From a virus: a DNA stretch of 64,000 nucleotides. Positions within the stretch are counted from its first letter, which is position 1. The number at the start of each line of letters is the position of its first letter. The notes beneath the pieces were generated by a model that was not told the origin of the DNA, ran no database searches, and saw nothing but the letters and a program-made list of their open reading frames with translations. The stretch is from the IMG/VR virus record IMGVR_UViG_3300042547_000432, one strand, 5' to 3'. Made by a program: the position numbers and the translations under genes. Shown piece by piece: positions 48,952 to 54,493 of the stretch.

Positions 48952-49161
48952 TCAGGTGGCAGCGGCGAGCGCCTTGCGAACGACTGCCGACATGCCAGGT
49001 GAGATGGTGCTGCGTCCCTTGCTGCCATGGGTCGGGACGATCAGATCAGACTGCCAGGCGGGATGCCTCCAGACTTGATGCGACGCTGTGGTTCGCTTGA
49101 GCACAGCGCCAACCTGTCTCAGCTGGCGCTCGGCGTCTCGGCACTTGAGAGGGGATGCCAT
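48952..49161 (-). CDS. hicA: HicA/YcfA-like mRNA interferase toxin
   Basis: 69 aa with R.L.Q.GAVL.R..ASHQVWRHP....LIVP.H.....ISPG...V.K, the HicA pattern including the catalytic (G/A)SH. Confidence 0.7.
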   Translation of the reverse strand: MASPLKCRDAERQLRQVGAVLKRTTASHQVWRHPAWQSDLIVPTHGSKGRSTISPGMSAVVRKALAAAT

Positions 49162-49164
49162 GGG

Positions 49165-49359
49165 TCAGTCCTCGTGGGTGAACAGGGGCAGGCGGGCGAG
49201 CGCCTCATCACGGTAGCGGTCGGCGTGGGCACCTGCCAACCACGATGCCTCTACGGTGATGGGGACCAGGCGCCCCATGGTCTGCTGTGCGTCATCAGTC
49301 GGGCGACCTGCCCACACGATCTGGCGGGTCTGGAGGTCGGATGCCATGGAGAGGATCAT
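49165..49359 (-). CDS. Hypothetical early protein
   Basis: ORF directly behind a TAGACT promoter (49386-49391). Confidence 0.5.
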   Translation of the reverse strand: MILSMASDLQTRQIVWAGRPTDDAQQTMGRLVPITVEASWLAGAHADRYRDEALARLPLFTHED

Positions 49360-49404
49360 CGGTGTCTGTCGGTTGAACTGAGAGAAGTCTACAGGCGGCG
49401 CCGC

Positions 49405-49590
49405 TCAGTGGCGGTCGCTGATGTTCCAGATGCCCCACTGTCCACCGTTGGCGTGGGCGTCCCGAACTTCGATCGCTTCCATACGCTGGGCGCTGGTGTA
49501 GGTCGCCCAACCCTCAGCGGTCTCGCTGGCGAGGGTGCTGCCGTAGCAGGCGTTCCAGATCAGGTTGGCGGTTTCGAGGGTCATGGTCAT
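49405..49590 (-). CDS. Hypothetical early protein
   Basis: ORF behind repeat promoter copy 1; starts MTMTL. Confidence 0.55.
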   Translation of the reverse strand: MTMTLETANLIWNACYGSTLASETAEGWATYTSAQRMEAIEVRDAHANGGQWGIWNISDRH

Positions 49591-49669
49591 GGGTCGTTTC
49601 GTTTCGATGCTGTTAGTCTACAGGGTCGGGCGGCAGGATCGGGGGCATCAGTGGACACCCCCTCAACCG

Positions 49670-49939
49670 TCACAGCTCTGCCATCATGGCGTTCATCTCG
49701 TCGGCATCAATGGCGACGCTATCCCATGCCACCCCGTCACGGGTCTGCCCGAGGTGGCGACCGATCATGCCATCCATCATGCAGCGAACGAACTTCTCCC
49801 AGGGGGTCTCATCATCGCCACAGTACTCTACACATGCCTTGGCGGTGTTGTAGAGGAATTCATCGTTGCCGATCCACAGGGCGGCATTCCAGGTCTCGTA
49901 GGTTGCCCAACCGTTGTAGGTGCTGAGGGTCATGGTCAT
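49670..49939 (-). CDS. Conserved phage hypothetical protein (YNGWATYETWNAALWIGNDE family)
   Basis: The YNGW.NYETW...LW..NDE motif is common in phage early regions. Confidence 0.65.
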   Translation of the reverse strand: MTMTLSTYNGWATYETWNAALWIGNDEFLYNTAKACVEYCGDDETPWEKFVRCMMDGMIGRHLGQTRDGVAWDSVAIDADEMNAMMAEL

Positions 49940-49983
49940 GGTCTCGTTTCGTTTGGTTGATGCTGTTAGTCTACAGGGTCGGG

Positions 49984-50124
49984 TCAGCGGATCTCTGCCA
50001 GGATGGACACCTTCTCAGCTGTCACACGGTCAAGGGTCTGGGCGAGGGCGAACACGCTGCCGAGGGTCTGAGCGAACATCAGGCAGATGCCAGCGATCAG
50101 GGAGAGGCGGATCAGGTTTGCCAT
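49984..50124 (-). CDS. Small hydrophobic protein (46 aa, not in the ORF track)
   Basis: MANLIRLSLIAGICLMFAQTLGSVFALAQTLDRVTAEKVSILAEIR, behind repeat copy 3. Confidence 0.45.
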   Translation of the reverse strand: MANLIRLSLIAGICLMFAQTLGSVFALAQTLDRVTAEKVSILAEIR

Positions 50125-50171
50125 GGTTGTCTGTGGTTGATGCTGTTAGTCTACAGGGTCAGCGCCGCCGA

Positions 50172-50372
50172 TCAGGCGAGGCAGTGACGGTTCACCCACT
50201 GTCCCAGGGAGAGGGGGCGGATCACCAAGGCGCTCACCATGGCACGACGGGAGACACCTTCGAAGCGGTAAACCTTCCTGCTGCTGGTGAACTGTACCCG
50301 AGCGGTGCCCGTGATAGGATTGACGGTCAGGCGATGGATGGCGCTGCTGTTCTGGCGGATTCGGAAGATCAT
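50172..50372 (-). CDS. KTSC-like small protein
   Basis: SSAI..L.......A.VQF......Y.FEGV......SLGQWVN resembles the KTSC pattern. Confidence 0.5.
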   Translation of the reverse strand: MIFRIRQNSSAIHRLTVNPITGTARVQFTSSRKVYRFEGVSRRAMVSALVIRPLSLGQWVNRHCLA

Positions 50373-50555
50373 CGTTTGTCTGTGGTTGATGCTGTTAGTC
50401 TACAGGGTCAGGGGGCGGCGTCTCGCTGCCTTGTGCCAGTTGATCAGGCGTCCCAGCCGTGAGTTTAATCAGGGCGACAATCGCCGCCACTCCTGCGGGT
50501 CCAAACCACATGCAGAGGATGATACCCAGCAGGAGATAACGCTTGCGAATGTTAA

Positions 50556-50987
50556 TCAATAGTCGCTGAAGATGTGGCAGGAACGATAGGACGTGCCATC
50601 ATCACAAGAGGTGAAATCGTAGCGCAGGTTGCGATCGTAAGTTGCCTCCCAATCAATCACCAAACCATCGGGAACATTCATGGTTTCGTTATAGTAATCC
50701 TCAGCGAAGTCTGCCTCAGAATCGTAACACCCACGGTAGCGATCATCGCAACCTTCGATGTTATCAATTCCATCCTCACTGGCGAGTGCATCTACTGCCT
50801 CGTATCCGATCGCTTCACCACAGCGAACATACTCCTCGTAGATGTTAACGAAGGCACGCTCATTGTACTCATCAATGAACTCCAGAATGTCATCCAGAGC
50901 GTAGTTATCTTCGAGCAATTCTTCGATCTTCTCGACAGTTTCAGTGCTGAGAACTTCTTTGTAGTTAGCGGTCAAAGTGATGGACAT
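50556..50987 (-). CDS. ArdA-like antirestriction / DNA-mimic protein (C-terminal part)
   Basis: Very acidic. YRGCYDSEADFAEDYYNETMNVPDGLVIDWEATYDRNLRYDF matches the ArdA Y.G.Y.S..DFA.E....P..L..IDWE..RDL motif. Likely start MSITL at 50987. Confidence 0.65.
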   Translation of the reverse strand: MSITLTANYKEVLSTETVEKIEELLEDNYALDDILEFIDEYNERAFVNIYEEYVRCGEAIGYEAVDALASEDGIDNIEGCDDRYRGCYDSEADFAEDYYNETMNVPDGLVIDWEATYDRNLRYDFTSCDDGTSYRSCHIFSDY

Positions 50988-51158
50988 TTGTGAAGTGAAA
51001 TGGTTTGGGGTGGGGCACCGATCTCCCCTACGGTGGTGAAGGATCTTACCCATGACCTGTCCCGATGTCGGGTGGTTTCGCTGGGAGGGTTCGCTTCTGA
51101 AGGTAGTATGGAGCAGATCGGGGGGAAAGTCAAGCGGTCTGTGCCACTTGTTGAACTG

Positions 51159-51320
51159 TCACATCCCGTTCAGGAAATCGGCAAGCGCCTCCCTATACTC
51201 TGCCTCAGTCTCAAAGGTGCGACCGTGGATAGTACGGGGGTACTCTGCCTTAGGAGCAGGTGCCTTGCTGGGCTCCTTGCCCTGGGCGATGATCTGAGCG
51301 ATGTAGGGGTTGTTTGTCAT
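51159..51320 (-). CDS. Small cyanophage early protein (53 aa, not in the ORF track)
   Basis: MTNNPYIAQIIAQGKEPSKAPAPKAEYPRTIHGRTFETEAEYREALADFLNGM, behind repeat copy 5. Confidence 0.55.
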   Translation of the reverse strand: MTNNPYIAQIIAQGKEPSKAPAPKAEYPRTIHGRTFETEAEYREALADFLNGM

Positions 51321-51373
51321 GCTGTTAGTCTACAGGGTCAGGTGGGGGATCCGATCCCCCTTGTGCCAGTGTG

Positions 51374-51565
51374 TCAGGCGTCCATCCCCATCGCTGCCTT
51401 CAGGTCGTTGTATGCCTTCAGGTAGTAGTCTGCATCGCTGCCCTTACCTGCCACGCGGCAGTCACAGGCAAGGCACAGGAGAGCGGTACGGATCGTGCTC
51501 CACTGTGCCTCGGTGAGGGTCACCGTGGCGAGGTCAAGGGGAAGGACGTTGGTTCGGACGGTCAT
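51374..51565 (-). CDS. Hypothetical early protein (63 aa)
   Basis: Start MTVRTNV at 51565, behind the promoter at 51591. Confidence 0.5.
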   Translation of the reverse strand: MTVRTNVLPLDLATVTLTEAQWSTIRTALLCLACDCRVAGKGSDADYYLKAYNDLKAAMGMDA

Positions 51566-51645
51566 CGGGTCGTTTGATTGAACTGGAATCAGTATAGAGG
51601 TTGACGGGGTGGGGTGGGAGTGGTAGTGTACCACTCCCTGAACTG

Positions 51646-51780
51646 TCACTCCTCGGGTCCGAAGCAGCACTCAAGGCAGAACGCCTCCAGCTCTGCATCA
51701 TCATCCATGGGCCAGGGTTGATCGAAGATCTCACCCTCGCAGTCCTGAATCTCATCCCAAAGGCAGGTGTCGAAGTCCAT
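51646..51780 (-). CDS. Very acidic Cys-containing peptide (44 aa)
   Basis: MDFDTCLWDEIQDCEGEIFDQPWPMDDDAELEAFCLECCFGPEE, behind the promoter at 51806. Confidence 0.45.
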   Translation of the reverse strand: MDFDTCLWDEIQDCEGEIFDQPWPMDDDAELEAFCLECCFGPEE

Positions 51781-51954
51781 CGGGTCGTTTGCTGTTGACT
51801 CCCTTAGTATAGGGTCAGCAGCGCCCCCTACAACCCCCCCGTGTGCCACCTCTCAAACTGGCCGCGGCGACCTAGACAGATGCCCTCTAGGCGACTAACC
51901 TAGAGGGCGGGAGGGGAGGGAAGCAAGGGGGCAGCGAAGCGGCCGCTCAGTTTG

Positions 51955-52149
51955 TTATACTAATACGTGGCGATAATCAATGGATTTAATACACCAACCC
52001 ATCGCACATGTAACCTCTTCAACTAGATCATCTTCATCATCTGCCTCCCAGATGTGTCCTACTGTGTCACCGATAATGTCATCACGCTCTGCATCTGTGA
52101 GGTCTTCATCATCAAAATCAAACTCAATTTCAGTGATTTGGTACAACAT
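51955..52149 (-). CDS. Very acidic hypothetical protein
   Basis: EIEFDFDDE...WEADDEDDLVEEVTCAMGWCIKSIDY, a cyanophage-type small ORF. Confidence 0.55.
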   Translation of the reverse strand: MLYQITEIEFDFDDEDLTDAERDDIIGDTVGHIWEADDEDDLVEEVTCAMGWCIKSIDYRHVLV

Positions 52150-52151
52150 GA

Positions 52152-52334
52152 TCAGTCAAGAAGATCGGGATAGTAAGACTCAACCTCAGAAATTAACTCC
52201 TCATCAGTATAGCTGGTGAGATTTTCTTCCATCTGGTCACCAACAATACGGAGCAAATCTTTGGTGCTCATGTTATCAAGCAAACGATCAATGTATGCTT
52301 CAACCAATGCTTCACGATCAAAAGTGTTTGTCAT
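52152..52334 (-). CDS. Acidic hypothetical protein
   Basis: ORF track; coupled to its neighbours. Confidence 0.55.
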   Translation of the reverse strand: MTNTFDREALVEAYIDRLLDNMSTKDLLRIVGDQMEENLTSYTDEELISEVESYYPDLLD

Positions 52335-52456
52335 TTCCGAAGGGGAGAATTGTAGTAGCGAGTGAAGGCAGTTACGATGATAATCGCAGTGGAGATGACA
52401 CCAACTAACCCGAGGAAAGTAACAGCGTCGCCAGTGAAAGTGTAAGTGTCAGGCAT
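52331..52456 (-). CDS. Small single-TM membrane peptide (41 aa)
   Basis: MPDTYTFTGDAVTFLGLVGVISTAIIIVTAFTRYYNSPLRK, behind the promoter at 52477. Confidence 0.55.
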   Translation of the reverse strand: MPDTYTFTGDAVTFLGLVGVISTAIIIVTAFTRYYNSPLRK

Positions 52457-52476
52457 GAAATCTCGTGAACAAATGT

Positions 52477-52531
52477 AGAATAGATCATCAGGGGGTGAAA
52501 GTCAACCCCCTGAGCGATAAGCATTGCTTAT
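52477..52531 (-). promoter_or_regulatory. Sigma70-type early promoter with upstream ATAAGC-N3-GCTTAT box
   Basis: TTGACT(52500-05)-17-TATTCT(52477-82); perfect box at 52517-52531. Confidence 0.75.
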
Positions 52532-52565
52532 GTTACATATTAGAGATAGTTATTTGACAATGATA

Positions 52566-52703
52566 TCAGAATTCGATAGTCTCAAGGGTAGGAGAATTCT
52601 GATACTCATCCACCGAATCTTCGGTCAGAGTGTCAAGAACTGCCATCAGTTCGTTACCATCAGCGGCACGATTGAGCAGGGAAAGCATCACTTCTTTGGT
52701 CAT
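52566..52703 (-). CDS. Small hypothetical protein (45 aa)
   Basis: MTKEVMLSLLNRAADGNELMAVLDTLTEDSVDEYQNSPTLETIEF. Confidence 0.45.
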   Translation of the reverse strand: MTKEVMLSLLNRAADGNELMAVLDTLTEDSVDEYQNSPTLETIEF

Positions 52704-52899
52704 AATGTTGTTGGGGGTAAGGTATACTAAAGGGATTGAATATGATTAGATATCATATTCAATTTCCATTACATTATCAATGGAATAATCATCAACAATG
52801 TAACCATCTTCATCAAGGAAGATATCAGCCATTTCTTGTTCTACAATTTCAGTGTACATTTCAGAAGTGGTCATTCATTAACTCCTTTGATTGTTAATT

Positions 52900-53044
52900 A
52901 AATTTATAACTTTAAAGTTATAAATTTTAAGTTTTGTTAGAATTTAAAAACTTAAAGATTCTGAGGTTTCTGAGAATTTTAAGTTTTCAAGGTTTCTGAG
53001 AATTCAAGATTTCGTAAAATTCTCAGAAACCTCAGAATCTTTAA
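52900..53044. repeat. 28-bp perfect palindrome plus a 30-bp perfect inverted repeat
   Basis: AAATTTATAACTTTAAAGTTATAAATTT at 52900-52927; arms at 52952-52981 and 53015-53044. Confidence 0.9.
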
Positions 53045-53355
53045 TTCAGACGCATTCCAGAAAAGAAAGGAATCGCGCCGCCCGCTTGACTCACAAACCA
53101 CTGACCTTTCTTCTGAAAGACACGCTCACCAGGAACACCATGCTCGGTGAGAATAGCATTCAGGCGAGACTTGGTGGTGACAGTCTGCCAACCACCATCA
53201 AACAGGCGAATCCAATTGTCACCAACCTCGGCAATCAAGTTACCATGAAGGCGAACCTGAGACACACCATCAATATTCATGACGCTGGTATTGTCACCAC
53301 GCCAATCAACCTCACGGGTGATGGCAGCGTTCATTTGGCGTTCGATGAGGCGCAT
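53041..53355 (-). CDS. Conserved cyanophage hypothetical protein (104 aa)
   Basis: MRLIERQMNAAI...NT.V....V.LHGNLIA....DGGWQT.TTKSRLNA..VFQK..QWFV family. Confidence 0.7.
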   Translation of the reverse strand: MRLIERQMNAAITREVDWRGDNTSVMNIDGVSQVRLHGNLIAEVGDNWIRLFDGGWQTVTTKSRLNAILTEHGVPGERVFQKKGQWFVSQAGGAIPFFSGMRLN

Positions 53356-53379
53356 GGGTCGTTTGCTCTTGACTTAGTT

Positions 53380-53434
53380 AGTATGGCAGGGGTGGGGGTG
53401 AAAGTCAACCCCCCTAACCATCACCTTTGCTTAT
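53380..53434 (-). promoter_or_regulatory. Sigma70-type early promoter with a degenerate ATAAGC-N3-GCTTAT box
   Basis: TTGACT(53403-08)-17-CATACT(53380-85); box at 53420-53434. Confidence 0.7.
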
Positions 53435-53460
53435 GGGTCAGATTAGAGGGGCTTATAGAG

Positions 53461-53524
53461 TTTTCCACAGGGCTGTGGAAAACTTTCAATAGTTTTCCAC
53501 AGGTTTTGTTATATCTGTGGAAAA
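53461..53524. promoter_or_regulatory. Four DnaA-box-like 9-mers TTTTCCACA in two inverted pairs
   Basis: 53461-69(+), 53474-82(-), 53493-501(+), 53516-24(-). Confidence 0.7.
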
Positions 53525-53531
53525 CTTTTAC

Positions 53532-53696
53532 TTACCATTGTATATCATCACCGTCAAACTTAAGTTTCTTCTGCTTCTTGGGAGTTCGTCCCTTGTTTTG
53601 TACTTTCACGCCATACTGGATTTCTAAATCTTGCTCATCAAATTCATCGAAGTCGTTATAGAATTCTTTGAAGTTGTTTCCCTTTGCTTTAGCCAT
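53532..53696 (-). CDS. Small charged protein (54 aa, not in the ORF track)
   Basis: MAKAKGNNFKEFYNDFDEFDEQDLEIQYGVKVQNKGRTPKKQKKLKFDGDDIQW. Confidence 0.55.
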   Translation of the reverse strand: MAKAKGNNFKEFYNDFDEFDEQDLEIQYGVKVQNKGRTPKKQKKLKFDGDDIQW

Positions 53697-53802
53697 TAGA
53701 TTGAAATGTGTCCTGAGAGGTGTCTAGAATCGTCTGTAAGGGATATTGACAACCAAATTGGTGTCTTTACCCCTTGACAAACTTATTTAGTGTGTGGTAG
53801 GG

Positions 53803-54045
53803 TCAGTCAACCAGCAGTTTCAGAGTGCCTTGATTGACACTCTGACTCACAAATCGTCCCACCGAAACATCTTCGGTGTCGAATTCTGCCAACAGTTGCT
53901 GATCAAAACCCTCAGCATCTTCGGTACTGTAAGTATACTGTTTGTTACCATTGTTATATTCAATGGCTACAGTGTTCTTCTCAGTATCAATAACAATGTT
54001 TTTAATGGCAGAACTAGGAAGATCCTGGTAGTTTTTAACAGTCAT
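53803..54045 (-). CDS. KTSC-like small protein (second homologue)
   Basis: SSAIKNI.ID....V.IEYN.G.K.YTY......SVGRFV. Confidence 0.5.
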   Translation of the reverse strand: MTVKNYQDLPSSAIKNIVIDTEKNTVAIEYNNGNKQYTYSTEDAEGFDQQLLAEFDTEDVSVGRFVSQSVNQGTLKLLVD

Positions 54046-54072
54046 TGAATCCCTTTGATTGATTACTTAGTA

Positions 54073-54126
54073 ATAATACCAGTCTTTTCCAGTCTTGTCA
54101 ACCCTTTTTTGATAAGTTCTGCTTAT
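54073..54126 (-). promoter_or_regulatory. Sigma70-type early promoter with ATAAG-N5-CTTAT box
   Basis: TTGACA(54096-101)-17-TATTAT(54073-78); box at 54112-54126. Confidence 0.7.
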
Positions 54127-54155
54127 TATAACCATAAGTTATAATTATAAGACTT

Positions 54156-54305
54156 CAAAAATCTCAAAAATCTCAAAAAACTCAAATTTTAAGTTTTCTA
54201 AAAACTCGAAAAACTCGAAAACCCTTGGAAATACAGGATTCTCAGATTTTGCCGTTTTGAGATTTTTGAGATTTTTGGGGATTTTGAGATTTTTGAGTTT
54301 TCTGA
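54156..54305. repeat. Facing arrays of 9-bp repeats (AAAAA(T/C)CTC versus GAGATTTTT)
   Basis: About five units on each arm; perfect 23-bp inverted repeat at 54156-54178/54255-54277. Confidence 0.9.
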
Positions 54306-54493
54306 CAAAGGCTTGACAATCGTTAGGTCGCGTGCTAAGACTACAACAAACTCAGACATTTCGTAGCATATACGAGGTCTCTGAGGCACCTTGACAACTT
54401 AATACACCTTATTGCTAATGATTCTCAATAGCACTATAAAGAACCAATACCTATTTTTTTAACCATTTAAATTATGTAACAATTTCAAACACT

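Larger units (their letters stand above)
49606..51339. repeat. Five direct repeats of (G)ATGCTGTTAGTCTACAGGGTC
   Basis: Copies at 49606-49627, 49959-49980, 50139-50160, 50388-50409 and 51319-51339. Copies 3 and 4 are identical over 36 bp. Confidence 0.95.
49386..51864 (-). promoter_or_regulatory. Array of 9 early promoters (-10 TAGACT/TATACT/CATACT), each with an upstream 22-23 bp box
   Basis: -10 hexamers at 49386, 49615, 49968, 50148, 50397, 51105, 51327, 51591 and 51806. Boxes start at 49423, 49651, 50003, 50184, 50433, 51141, 51363, 51629 and 51843. Confidence 0.75.

Noticed and set aside
49027-50562. Long plus-strand ORFs in the island (299, 131, 180 aa), several sharing MLLVYRV
   Set aside because: They result from stop-codon scarcity in GC-rich DNA. 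The shared peptide is the promoter repeat read antisense, and all promoters point along the minus strand.
49606-51339. CRISPR array interpretation of the 22-bp repeats
   Set aside because: The spacing is about 180-930 bp and irregular, the intervals contain ORFs, the repeats contain a -10 element, and no cas genes are present.
51606-51624. Possible G-quadruplex GGGGTGGGGTGGGGAGTGG in a promoter spacer
   Set aside because: It has only three full G4 runs, and G/C runs are common in this island's promoter spacers.
48860-51960. Integron, prophage or IS origin of the GC island
   Set aside because: There is no integrase or transposase, no attC-like RYYYAAC/GTTRRRY ends, and no clear terminal repeat or target duplication.
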